A stretch of 64,000 bases of DNA from an uncultured Bacteroidaceae bacterium (GTDB lineage Bacteria; Bacteroidota; Bacteroidia; Bacteroidales; Bacteroidaceae): the NCBI GenBank assembly GCA_934271655.1, contig CAKQRW010000006.1, positions 2,604 through 66,603 on the forward strand, given 5' to 3'. Below the pieces are notes generated by a model. That model was not told where the DNA came from. It ran no database searches and saw nothing but the letters and a program-made list of their open reading frames with translations. The position numbers and the translations under genes are program-made. This document shows, piece by piece, positions 50,154-58,865 of the stretch (position 1 is its first letter; each line of letters begins with the position of its first letter).

Positions 50154-51125
50154 ATGATGTTGACAACAGATGAAAAATACATGTCGAGGTGCATTCAGCT
50201 GGCTCGAAATGGAATGAAAAACGCGCAGCCCAATCCCATGGTCGGAGCTGTGATAGTGTATGAAGGCAGGATAATAGGCGAAGGATACCATGTGAGATGC
50301 GGTGAGGGGCATGCCGAGGTGAATGCCTGTGCCTCTGTAAGGCCAGAGGATGAGCATCTGCTCCCTGAGAGCACCATATATGTGAGTCTGGAGCCTTGCA
50401 GCCACTACGGAAAGACACCTCCATGCGCCGAACTGCTGGTAAGGAAGCGTTTCAAGCGCTGTGTGGTGGGGTGCATGGACCCTTTTGCCAAGGTGCAGGG
50501 CCGTGGGTTGGCCCGTCTGAGGGAGGCTGGCATTGAGTTGACGGTGGGAGTGATGGAGAAGGAGTGCATGGCTCTTAACTCACGGTTCATAACATTCCAT
50601 TCCGAGCATCGTCCGCATGTCACACTGAAGTGGGCAGAGTCGGCTGACGGATTTATTGACGGACATATTTCCAACACTTATACACAGATGCTCTGCCATA
50701 AACGCAGAGCGGAGAATCAGGCTATTATGATTGGGAAAAATACGTTGATAACTGACCATCCTTCGCTCACTGTAAGGGAGTGGCATGGCGATTCTCCGAA
50801 ACGCTTTGTCGTGTCTTCCAGCAAATTGGACATGCCTGAAGGCTTTGAGCAAATCTTATCAACAGATATCAACAGCATGTTGAAAACCCTGTGGGAGAAA
50901 GGCGTGCAGACAGTGCTTGTGGAAGGCGGGGCGCAGCTTCTCCAGTCGTTTATCAACAGCGGCCTGTGGGACGAGTGCTACGTGGAGCGAGGACTTGTCA
51001 ACATTTGCGGAAAGGTGGCTGCGCCGCATCTCGGAAGCGAAGCCGTGCTTGTGGGCAGGACCACAGCCTTCGGCAACGAGGTGAGCTATTGGAGGAGAAA
51101 CTCCACTTGCCACAGCAATACCTAA
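50154..51125 (+). CDS. ribD: bifunctional riboflavin biosynthesis protein RibD (deaminase/reductase)
   Basis: Deaminase zinc motifs HAEVNA and PCSHYGKTPPC. C-terminal reductase domain. Confidence 0.92.
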   Translation: MMLTTDEKYMSRCIQLARNGMKNAQPNPMVGAVIVYEGRIIGEGYHVRCGEGHAEVNACASVRPEDEHLLPESTIYVSLEPCSHYGKTPPCAELLVRKRFKRCVVGCMDPFAKVQGRGLARLREAGIELTVGVMEKECMALNSRFITFHSEHRPHVTLKWAESADGFIDGHISNTYTQMLCHKRRAENQAIMIGKNTLITDHPSLTVREWHGDSPKRFVVSSSKLDMPEGFEQILSTDINSMLKTLWEKGVQTVLVEGGAQLLQSFINSGLWDECYVERGLVNICGKVAAPHLGSEAVLVGRTTAFGNEVSYWRRNSTCHSNT

Positions 51126-51204
51126 AAATGGGTACAAAAAGATAAATGCGCCTCATAGAGTCTACATTTTTAAAAAAGGCTTTGGTAGTTTGGAAAAATA
51201 AGGG

Positions 51205-51212
51205 TATCTTTG
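51205..51212 (+). promoter_or_regulatory. -7 box TATCTTTG (tail-fiber-like gene)
   Basis: Matches TAnnTTTG. Confidence 0.45.
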
Positions 51213-51297
51213 CACTACGATGCTTAGTCGGATAAAATAGAGAGAATCCGTCAAGTTGAGATGTGTTCAAAAAGTGAAAAATAAGCGTTTTGTAATA

Positions 51298-52173
51298 ATG
51301 AGGAAAATCATATTTGCAATTGTTTTTTTTGCGTGCATTGCAAATGAAGCTGGTGCGCAGCTTTCTGTATACTCAGATGGCAAAGTAGGAATAGGTACGC
51401 CAAGTTCTGTGACACCTGTTTCCACACTCTCTATTGTGGAGGGCAAGGAAGGGTATGAGGCCGCTGTGAAAGGCTCTCGTCGGGGCATCTTTGGCCTGTC
51501 GGAGGGTCAATATCTTAACTGGTCCTACGGCTTGTATGGCAAAAGCCTTTGCAGCCACGCAAATTTTCAGACAGGAGTGGCGGGGGTGTCAGAGATAGAA
51601 AAGGCGCAGTCTTCAGGCAGAACTTATGGGGTGCTTGGAATTGCAGGCAATGCCACTAGTGGATGGAATTATGGTGTATATGGCCAGCTGAATGGCACAA
51701 ACAATGGCGCTGGTGTCTACGGCACTGCTACGCATAGAGAGAATGGCTCATGTGTGGACGGCCGTTACGCGGGCTATTTCAATGGTGCGACAAAAGTGAA
51801 TGGCAACCTCACTGTGACAGGCTCAATAAGCGGTGTCTTAATAAACAAAGCCTCAAATTCCTCAGTTGTGACTGCGCTGTCAGAAGAAAACAACGACAAT
51901 GCTTTCTCCGACAGATTGTCAAAGCTGTCCGCCACATGCTATTACGTTGATGACTGCGCAGGGACTGCAAGTGCTATGAATGCAGCATCTGACACAGCGA
52001 GTGTTGTTTCTCCCGCAAGCGAGATTTTGACATTGGCAGCAGAGCGAAAGCATTATGGATTGGATATAGAAAAATTGAGGGAGTGTTTTCCAGAGTTGGT
52101 TTACGAGCAGAAAGACGGTACTGTTGGCGTCAACTATATAGAAAGGATTAGATGTTGTAGCTCCAGGTGTTAA
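51298..52173 (+). CDS. tail-fiber-domain (Peptidase_S74 intramolecular-chaperone type) secreted protein, apparently 3'-truncated
   Basis: Signal peptide MRKIIFAIVFFACIANEAGAQ and Gly-rich YG repeats. The chaperone-domain start is KHYGLDIEKLRECFPELVYEQKDGTVGVNYIE, after which the frame runs into 8 unrelated codons and a stop. Confidence 0.6.
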   Translation: MRKIIFAIVFFACIANEAGAQLSVYSDGKVGIGTPSSVTPVSTLSIVEGKEGYEAAVKGSRRGIFGLSEGQYLNWSYGLYGKSLCSHANFQTGVAGVSEIEKAQSSGRTYGVLGIAGNATSGWNYGVYGQLNGTNNGAGVYGTATHRENGSCVDGRYAGYFNGATKVNGNLTVTGSISGVLINKASNSSVVTALSEENNDNAFSDRLSKLSATCYYVDDCAGTASAMNAASDTASVVSPASEILTLAAERKHYGLDIEKLRECFPELVYEQKDGTVGVNYIERIRCCSSRC

Positions 52174-52645
52174 CATTTTGTCAACATTGCCTAACAATAT
52201 AACAGGGTACAAAAGTGGTACATCCATGGCCAGCCCTCATGTGGCGGGAATTGCGGCGTTGATATTAGAACGTAATCCAGAGCTGACGGTCAACCAAGTT
52301 GAAGGCATCATATGTAGCAATACAAAGAAACTGCCTGATGTGGATTTTAGTGAATCGGAGACGTATGGTTCTTGGAACACAGGCTATGGGTATGGCCTTG
52401 TCGATGCATATAAATCGGTCATAAACACTCCTACTGTGATTTATGTTCAGAATGAAAAAGTCACAGGCACAAGAGAAATTTATGCCAATAATGTTTATAT
52501 TGGAAATGATGTAACAGATAGGAAAGATAAGGGAGCTGTGGTTATAGGGCCTGGGAATATTACGATTAAGGCAAAGTTTACAGAGATAAAGAATTCTACA
52601 TTCATTCCATTAGGCACTACATTTAAAATAAAAAACGACATATAA
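52142..52645 (+). pseudogene. C-terminal fragment of a subtilisin-like S8 serine peptidase (lacks the Asp/His part of the triad)
   Basis: The open frame begins right after a TAG at 52139..52141. It reads KGLDVVAPGVNILSTLPNNITGYKSGTSMASPHVAGIAALILERNP, the catalytic-Ser motif GTSMASPHVAG. No upstream catalytic Asp or His region exists in any frame. Confidence 0.7.
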
Positions 52646-52666
52646 CATATAAAATCAAGTAAGTAT

Positions 52667-53752
52667 ATGAATAAGTGTATTTTGAGAATGGCTATGTCGC
52701 TTATACTATGTACAAGCACTGCTGTTGTTAATGCTGAAAAATTAACATATGAGGATGAAGATGAGGATGAGTATGCATGGGCAATAGCTACTTTTGATGG
52801 TGAAAAGGAGCCTGAAGTCATAGAGTATTTTGGTGAAAATGAAAAGGGAACCAACGGATTGGAGTATTTAAGAATATTCCGAAGGAACTCTGATGGAAAA
52901 AGATACAGATATAATGAAAAATTAAGTTATGGATTAAGATGGTCTGATAAGAACATTTACATATATGATTTCAATAGGAATGAAGAGCGTTTAGCTTTTG
53001 ACTTTTCGCTATCTGCAGGAAACTGTTTCACAACTTATAATGGAGTGGAGTGGATTGTGGAATCAGTGAAAGACACTCTTGTGAATATTTCATTTATGGG
53101 AGAGGGGGCATTGAGCAAGAAAAAACTCCTCAACGTATGCTCTTTGGATGGATGTTTCCGCGACAAATGGCTTGAGGAATATGGCTCGCTTTCAAATCAC
53201 ATGATGATTCTCCCACTAAATGAGAAGCGGAAATATAAGATGTTATGGATTGCGCATAAGGTAGGTCATAATCTAATAAAGACGCTTGCTTCAGACCCGT
53301 TTTATACTCTTGACACAGGTTACTCAGAAGACTATGATTTGTATTCTGGAAAAGAAATCTTTACTTGTTCATACGAGAACGGGAGGTTGAATGTGGATTT
53401 TGAATGTCGTACATCAAATCGTCTATATTATCTTCTATACAGAAAAAACGATGATTTCCACGTTGTATATAGTCATGAACTCAGTCCTGCAACTGATTGT
53501 GACGAGGGTGGCGTAAAAGGTTCATTTGTTCTCACAGGGGTGCCAGCACCACAATGCGGCAAATACACAATGCACATGACATCGGCTGGCGGCTCTCAAA
53601 ATGATGCAACGGAAATAAGGGATTGGAAAAATGGTATGTCCGGCATGCCAGAGAAGGTTTCCGTGTACGATGCGCAAGGCCGCAAGCAAGCCATCAGCAA
53701 CAAGGGCGGCATCAACATCATAGGAGGACAAAAGGTTTATATGAAACAATAA
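52667..53752 (+). CDS. hypothetical secreted protein (possible T9SS-type C-terminal sorting segment, weak)
   Basis: 361 aa. Signal peptide MNKCILRMAMSLILCTSTAVVNA followed by the acidic stretch EDEDEDE. The C-terminus ...KVSVYDAQGRKQAISNKGGINIIGGQKVYMKQ is reminiscent of T9SS CTDs. G+C is low by eye. Confidence 0.5.
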   Translation: MNKCILRMAMSLILCTSTAVVNAEKLTYEDEDEDEYAWAIATFDGEKEPEVIEYFGENEKGTNGLEYLRIFRRNSDGKRYRYNEKLSYGLRWSDKNIYIYDFNRNEERLAFDFSLSAGNCFTTYNGVEWIVESVKDTLVNISFMGEGALSKKKLLNVCSLDGCFRDKWLEEYGSLSNHMMILPLNEKRKYKMLWIAHKVGHNLIKTLASDPFYTLDTGYSEDYDLYSGKEIFTCSYENGRLNVDFECRTSNRLYYLLYRKNDDFHVVYSHELSPATDCDEGGVKGSFVLTGVPAPQCGKYTMHMTSAGGSQNDATEIRDWKNGMSGMPEKVSVYDAQGRKQAISNKGGINIIGGQKVYMKQ

Positions 53753-53792
53753 AACAAACTCAATTTAATAACTTAAACTTTAAAAACAATTT

Positions 53793-54500
53793 ATGTGGTT
53801 ATGTAATTCTTCAATCGGAAGGAAAGTCATCATGTCTGTATCGGGCATGGCGCTTATCCTCTTCCTGACGTTTCATGGTTGCATGAACGTAGTGGCGCTC
53901 TTCAGCCAAAGCGCGTACAACCAGATTTGCGAACTGCTCGGTTCGAACTGGTATGCCATCGCGGCAACAGCGGCTCTTGCGTTCCTCATGGCAGTCCACT
54001 TCGTCTATGCCCTCATCCTTACTGTCCAGAACAGAAAGGCACGTGGAAACAACAAGTATGACATCACAGTAAAGCCAGAGAAGGTAGAGTGGGCAAGCCA
54101 GAACATGCTTGTGCTCGGCTTTATCGTTCTCGCTGGTCTGCTTCTCCACCTCCACGACTTCTGGGCACACATGATGTGGGCTGAGATAGCTGGCACAGAG
54201 CTCAGCATCGCTCCAACAGACGGTTTCGGATGGATAAAGGCAACATTCGCCAATCCTGTATTCACAATCATCTATCTCGTGTGGATAGTAGCCATCTGGT
54301 TCCACCTCACACACGGATTCTGGTCAGCCATGCAGACACTTGGCTGGAGCGGACACACATGGTTCTGCCGTTGGAAGACTATTGGCTATATATGGTCAAC
54401 AGTGGTGATGGCTCTCTTCGCTATCGTAGCTATCGCATTCGCCCTCTGCCCAGACTGCCTTGGCGGCATTGACGGCAAGGTGCTTCCTTTCTGGATGTAA
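53793..54500 (+). CDS. sdhC: succinate dehydrogenase/fumarate reductase cytochrome b subunit (Bacteroidetes type)
   Basis: 235 aa. MWLCNSSIGRKVIMSVSGMALILFLTFH and five hydrophobic helices. First gene of the CAB operon. Confidence 0.9.
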   Translation: MWLCNSSIGRKVIMSVSGMALILFLTFHGCMNVVALFSQSAYNQICELLGSNWYAIAATAALAFLMAVHFVYALILTVQNRKARGNNKYDITVKPEKVEWASQNMLVLGFIVLAGLLLHLHDFWAHMMWAEIAGTELSIAPTDGFGWIKATFANPVFTIIYLVWIVAIWFHLTHGFWSAMQTLGWSGHTWFCRWKTIGYIWSTVVMALFAIVAIAFALCPDCLGGIDGKVLPFWM

Positions 54501-54531
54501 AATCATAAACAAAACATATACATAGAATATT

Positions 54532-56514
54532 ATGGCTATCAATATAGATTCAAAAATTCCTGAGGGACCAGTAGCTGAGAAATGGTCTAACTATAAGGCA
54601 CACCAGCGCTTGGTGAACCCAAAGAACAAGCTCAAGCTTGATGTCATCGTTGTAGGTACAGGTCTGGCAGGCGCCAGCGCCGCAGCTTCTCTCGGCGAGA
54701 TGGGCTTCAATGTGCTCAACTTCTGTATCCAGGACTCTCCTCGCCGCGCTCACTCTATCGCAGCACAGGGAGGTATCAACGCAGCAAAGAACTACCAGAA
54801 CGACGGCGACTCAGTATATCGCCTCTTCTACGACACAGTGAAGGGCGGCGACTACCGCGCCCGTGAGGCAAACGTGTACCGCCTCGCAGAGGTGAGCAAC
54901 TCTATCATCGACCAGTGCGTGGCACAGGGTGTGCCATTCGCCCGTGAGTACGGCGGCACATTGGCCAACCGCTCATTCGGTGGAGCGCAGGTGTCTCGTA
55001 CATTCTACGCTAAGGGTCAGACAGGTCAGCAGCTCCTCCTCGGCGCTTACTCAGCCCTCTCAGCACAGGTGAAGGCTGGCAAGGTGAAGCTCTACACTCG
55101 CTATGAGATGCTTGATGTTGTCATCGTTGACGGCAAGGCTCGCGGCATCATCGCAAAGAACCTCGTGACAGGCAAGCTGGAGCGTTTCTCTGCCAATGCT
55201 GTCGTGATAGCTACAGGCGGATACGGAAACACATACTTCCTCTCAACAAATGCCATGGGCTGCAACGTCACAGCTGCAATGTCATGCTACCGCAAGGGCG
55301 CTTACTTCGCTAACCCATGCTACGTGCAGATACACCCTACATGTATACCTGTTCACGGTGACAAGCAGTCTAAGCTCACACTCATGTCAGAGTCTCTCCG
55401 TAACGACGGACGTATCTGGGTGCCAAAGAAGCTTGAGGACGCTAAGGCTCTCCAGGCAGGCACAAAGCAGGGATATGAGATTCCAGAGGAAGACCGCGAC
55501 TACTATCTGGAGCGCCGCTATCCAGCGTTCGGCAACCTCGTTCCACGCGACGTGGCTTCACGCGCAGCAAAGGAGCGTTGCGACAAGGGCTATGGTGTCA
55601 ACAACACAGGTCTCGCCGTGTTCCTCGACTTCTCTGAGTCAATCCAGCGCCTTGGCCTCGACACTATCCTCCAGCGTTATGGCAACCTCTTCGACATGTA
55701 TGAGGAGATCACAGACGTTAACCCAGGACAGAAGCGCGCTACAGTCAATGGTGTTGACTACTACAACCCAATGATGATCTTCCCAGCTATCCACTATACA
55801 ATGGGCGGCATCTGGGTAGACTATGAGCTGCAGACATCTATCCCAGGACTCTTCGCCATTGGTGAGTGCAACTTCTCAGACCACGGAGCCAACCGTCTTG
55901 GTGCATCAGCCCTCATGCAGGGTCTGGCAGACGGCTACTTCGTTCTTCCATATACAATCCAGAACTATCTCGCCGACCAGGCTATCTGGCCACGCATCTC
56001 AACAGACGCACCTGAGTTTGCTGCTGTGGAGAAGGCTACAGAGGAGCGCATCCAGAAGCTGATGAACATCAAGGGAAAGCGTTCTGTGGACTCTATCCAC
56101 AAGGAGCTCGGACACATCTGCTGGGAATACATAGGCATGGGACGCACAAAGGAAGGCTTGGAGAAGGGCATCAAGCTCATCGACGAGCTTCGCAAGGAGT
56201 TTGACACCAACCTCTTCATCCCAGGAAGCCGCGAAGGACTTAACGTGGAGCTTGACAAGGCTATCCACCTTGACGACTTCATCACTATGGGTAAGCTCAT
56301 CGCTTACGACGCCCTCTCACGTGAGGAGTCTTGCGGTGGCCACTTCCGTGAGGAGCACCAGACAGAGGAAGGTGAGGCAAAGCGTGACGACAAGAACTTC
56401 TTCTATGTCGGCTGCTGGAAGTATGAGGGCACAGACGCTGCCGCTCCATCACTTATCAAGGAGCCGCTCGAGTATGAGGCAATTAAGGTACAAACACGTA
56501 ACTACAAGAACTAA
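54532..56514 (+). CDS. sdhA: fumarate reductase/succinate dehydrogenase flavoprotein subunit
   Basis: 660 aa. FAD motif [32 protein letters not shown]. Confidence 0.96.
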   Translation: MAINIDSKIPEGPVAEKWSNYKAHQRLVNPKNKLKLDVIVVGTGLAGASAAASLGEMGFNVLNFCIQDSPRRAHSIAAQGGINAAKNYQNDGDSVYRLFYDTVKGGDYRAREANVYRLAEVSNSIIDQCVAQGVPFAREYGGTLANRSFGGAQVSRTFYAKGQTGQQLLLGAYSALSAQVKAGKVKLYTRYEMLDVVIVDGKARGIIAKNLVTGKLERFSANAVVIATGGYGNTYFLSTNAMGCNVTAAMSCYRKGAYFANPCYVQIHPTCIPVHGDKQSKLTLMSESLRNDGRIWVPKKLEDAKALQAGTKQGYEIPEEDRDYYLERRYPAFGNLVPRDVASRAAKERCDKGYGVNNTGLAVFLDFSESIQRLGLDTILQRYGNLFDMYEEITDVNPGQKRATVNGVDYYNPMMIFPAIHYTMGGIWVDYELQTSIPGLFAIGECNFSDHGANRLGASALMQGLADGYFVLPYTIQNYLADQAIWPRISTDAPEFAAVEKATEERIQKLMNIKGKRSVDSIHKELGHICWEYIGMGRTKEGLEKGIKLIDELRKEFDTNLFIPGSREGLNVELDKAIHLDDFITMGKLIAYDALSREESCGGHFREEHQTEEGEAKRDDKNFFYVGCWKYEGTDAAAPSLIKEPLEYEAIKVQTRNYKN

Positions 56515-56519
56515 TCACC

Positions 56520-57287
56520 ATGGCTGAAAAAGTATTAACATCATTCACAGTAAGATACTGGAAGCAGAACGGTCCTAAGGACACTAATGCTCATTTTGAA
56601 GAGAAGGTAATGAAGGACATCCCTGGTGATACTTCGTTCCTTGAGATGCTCGATATCCTTAACGAGCAGCTTATTGAGGAAGGCAAGGAGCCTTTCGTAT
56701 TTGACCACGACTGCCGCGAGGGCATCTGCGGCATGTGCTCACTCTATATCAACGGTACTCCACACGGCAAGACTGAGCGTGGAGCCACAACTTGCCAGCT
56801 CTACATGCGCAAGTTCAACGATGGCGACACTATCACTATTGAGCCATGGCGCTCAGCAGGTTTCCCTGTAATAAAGGACTGTATGGTAGACCGCACAGCG
56901 TTTGACAAGATCATGCAGGCTGGTGGCTATACTACTGTCCGCACAGGAGCTCCACAGGATGCCAACGCTATCCTTATCCCTAAGAAGGACGCTGACGAGG
57001 CTATGGACTGCGCTTCATGCATCGGCTGCGGCGCATGTGTGGCTGCCTGCAAGAACGGTTCGGCTATGCTCTTCGTCTCTTCAAAGGTGAGCCAGCTGGC
57101 TCTTCTCCCACAGGGACGCGTAGAGGCTGCACGCCGTGCTAAGGCTATGGTGGCTAAGATGGATGAGCTTGGATTTGGCAACTGCACTAACACACGTGCC
57201 TGTGAGGCTGTGTGCCCTAAGTGCGAGACTATCGCCAACATCGCACGTCTCAACCGCGAGTTCATCAAGGCTAAGCTTGCTGACTAA
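56520..57287 (+). CDS. sdhB: succinate dehydrogenase/fumarate reductase iron-sulfur subunit
   Basis: 255 aa. Cys clusters [23 protein letters not shown] and [12 protein letters not shown]. Confidence 0.95.
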   Translation: MAEKVLTSFTVRYWKQNGPKDTNAHFEEKVMKDIPGDTSFLEMLDILNEQLIEEGKEPFVFDHDCREGICGMCSLYINGTPHGKTERGATTCQLYMRKFNDGDTITIEPWRSAGFPVIKDCMVDRTAFDKIMQAGGYTTVRTGAPQDANAILIPKKDADEAMDCASCIGCGACVAACKNGSAMLFVSSKVSQLALLPQGRVEAARRAKAMVAKMDELGFGNCTNTRACEAVCPKCETIANIARLNREFIKAKLAD

Positions 57288-57316
57288 TATAAGTACATAT
57301 ATTTATTATATACAAG

Positions 57317-57351
57317 AAAAAGGGCATGCGCAAACGCGCATGCCTTTTTTT
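57317..57351 (+). terminator. rho-independent terminator of the sdh/frd operon
   Basis: GGCATGCGC-AAAC-GCGCATGCC followed by T7, with an A-run on the 5' side. Confidence 0.85.
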
Positions 57352-57400
57352 ATTGTAGGTAGTAAATCCCTAATTATGCCTGTTGATGAATGAAATCAAG

Positions 57401-57429
57401 TGCCCAAAATGTGTCTCTCATTTTGGGCA
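57401..57429. other. 11-bp-stem hairpin TGCCCAAAATG-N7-CATTTTGGGCA immediately before the 22-bp array
   Basis: Perfect inverted repeat read directly. It shares the TGCCCAA core with the following repeat units. Confidence 0.8.
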
Positions 57430-57433
57430 TCCG

Positions 57434-57588
57434 TTGCCCAAAGCCTGGGCACTCATTGCCCAAGCCTTGTTCATTCGATGCCCAAGCCTTGTTCACTCGA
57501 TGCCCAAGCCTTGTTCATCCGATGCCCAAGCCTTGTTCACTCGTTGCCCAAGCCTTGTTCATCCGTTGCCCAAGCGCTTGTTCACAGG
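57434..57588. repeat. tandem repeat, 7 copies of a 22-nt unit (A/T)TGCCCAAGCCTTGTTCA(C/T)(T/C)CG
   Basis: Units start at 57434, 57456, 57478, 57500, 57522, 57544 and 57566. The first and last copies are degenerate. All three plus frames are open only because the unit lacks stop codons. Confidence 0.95.
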
Positions 57589-57717
57589 CTGACTGCGTGG
57601 CGTTCTGTCGCAGACCAACTGGCAGACATGCCTAAAGGACGCTGAATGGATGGGCGAACGCTATATATGCTGTGTCAAAATGATGTTTCTATGACATTTT
57701 ATTATGCTTTATAATGC

Positions 57718-57783
57718 TTCTATGACACTTCTATGATACTTCTATGACACTTTTATGATACTTCTCTGTCAATTTTATGAAAA
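57718..57783. repeat. phased 11-bp (22-bp alternating) repeat CTTCTATGACAC/TTCTATGATAC
   Basis: TATGA recurs at 57721, 57732, 57743, 57754 and 57776, with a degenerate copy at 57765. This is exact 11-bp phasing with an alternating GACAC/GATAC tail. Confidence 0.85.
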
Positions 57784-57877
57784 GTATCATTATGTGTAAC
57801 AGCTTGTATATTAGAATGATAAAGTTGAAGATTTGGCCTATAATGATACTTTGACACTTTTTTGTTGAAAAAACATT

Positions 57878-57899
57878 TATACGTGCGCGCGTACGCGTG
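57878..57899. other. 22-nt perfectly alternating pyrimidine/purine tract TATACGTGCGCGCGTACGCGTG (Z-DNA-prone)
   Basis: Read directly from the sequence. Confidence 0.7.
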
Positions 57900-57936
57900 A
57901 GAAGACAAAGCTTATGTCGCACATGCCAAGCTTGCC

Positions 57937-58671
57937 TCACTTTATTATTTTCCTTTTCATCTCCTTTCTTTTCTCAAAGGCTGTGAGCCTTTGTTCCACA
58001 TAGTCTGTAGCATCTTCTTCGTTCCAGTTTCTCAGCCTGGCGTAGAGTCTGATAATCTTATGCAGAGCTTTGCGCTCGTGTGTGATGCGCATGAGAGACT
58101 TCAGGCAGGCTTTTTTTGTAGGTGCCGGACTGAAGGTGGATCGATTGGTGTCGATAGTAGTGACGTGGTAGCCATACTCTGAGTCATCCTCGTGATAAAG
58201 GAAGTTGGACAGGTTGGTGTCGCCATGAATGAAACCTTTCTCGTGCATGTCGATAAGGAAATGCACAAAGGCAAGCATCAGGCGCTCGTGTCCGTCAGGC
58301 TCTTCACGCAGTATGCGCATGTCGGGGTCGCCACAGTAGGTGGAGACGAAATAGCCTTGGAGGAAAAGTCCGTTGGAATAGACTTCGATGCAGGCTATAG
58401 GCTCTGGGGTGCTGATATTCAGTTCGATCAGTCGCATGCCGAAGATGTAGGCGCGTCTGGCTTTGCTCGGACGTATGAAGGTGTAGTCGAAGCGCTGGAA
58501 GAAAAGAGGTGTCTTGAAGCGTTTCACCACGAGTTTCTCGCCTTCTATTGTGAATATTCTTACCTTGTTGCGACTGTCGTAGACCAGTTCGCCAGAGTGA
58601 TCGAAGATTTCTGGAATGCTTTTGACAAACGAACGCAGGTGCTCGTAGCGCGGATTGATTTCTATCTTCAT
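57937..58671 (-). CDS. lipopolysaccharide kinase (InaA/Kdo-kinase-like) family protein
   Basis: 244 aa. Kinase-like core (VVKRFK...; FIHGDTNLSNFLY catalytic loop). Confidence 0.75.
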   Translation of the reverse strand: MKIEINPRYEHLRSFVKSIPEIFDHSGELVYDSRNKVRIFTIEGEKLVVKRFKTPLFFQRFDYTFIRPSKARRAYIFGMRLIELNISTPEPIACIEVYSNGLFLQGYFVSTYCGDPDMRILREEPDGHERLMLAFVHFLIDMHEKGFIHGDTNLSNFLYHEDDSEYGYHVTTIDTNRSTFSPAPTKKACLKSLMRITHERKALHKIIRLYARLRNWNEEDATDYVEQRLTAFEKRKEMKRKIIK

Positions 58672-58775
58672 TTACAATATTGATTTCTTTATGTGTATAA
58701 GCTCAATAGCACATAGTGTAATGTGGTGCATGCTTAATCGTACAGTGATGTGTGTAACCTCGGTTTTCTTTCTCT

Positions 58776-58865
58776 TAAGCAGGTTCTCATGATTATTATT
58801 AGGCTTGCTTCGTTATTATCCGGCTTGCTTCTATACTATAAAAAATAATTTTGAGCACCTGCTTA
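58776..58865. repeat. MITE-like element copy A: 14-bp terminal inverted repeats TAAGCAGGTTCTCA / TGAGCACCTGCTTA around 62 bp
   Basis: The IRs match in 13 of 14 positions. An internal TAATTTTG -7 box at 58846..58853 abuts the right IR. The right IR overlaps the GT90 stop codon. Confidence 0.75.

Noticed and set aside
51150-53760. Calling the low-GC islet a mobile element or prophage
   Set aside because: No integrase, transposase, tRNA target or flanking direct or inverted repeats were seen. I therefore report it only as a probable horizontally acquired, decayed segment.
57434-57588. CRISPR array hypothesis for the 22-bp arrays (also 45958..46068)
   Set aside because: The repeats are strictly contiguous with no unique spacers. 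The units are shorter than CRISPR repeats, and no cas genes are in the window.
57383-57645. Three overlapping plus-strand ORFs (69, 81 and 81 aa)
   Set aside because: All three frames are open only because the 22-nt tandem unit contains no stop codon and 22 is not a multiple of 3. The peptides are cyclic permutations of the same repeat. There is no start context or promoter.
57731-57940. 69-aa minus-strand ORF (also 9051..9335 minus and 3450..4094 plus)
   Set aside because: The first lies in AT-rich repeat DNA and the other two in promoter or antisense DNA. Their composition is hydrophobic and low-complexity, with no start context or homology cues.
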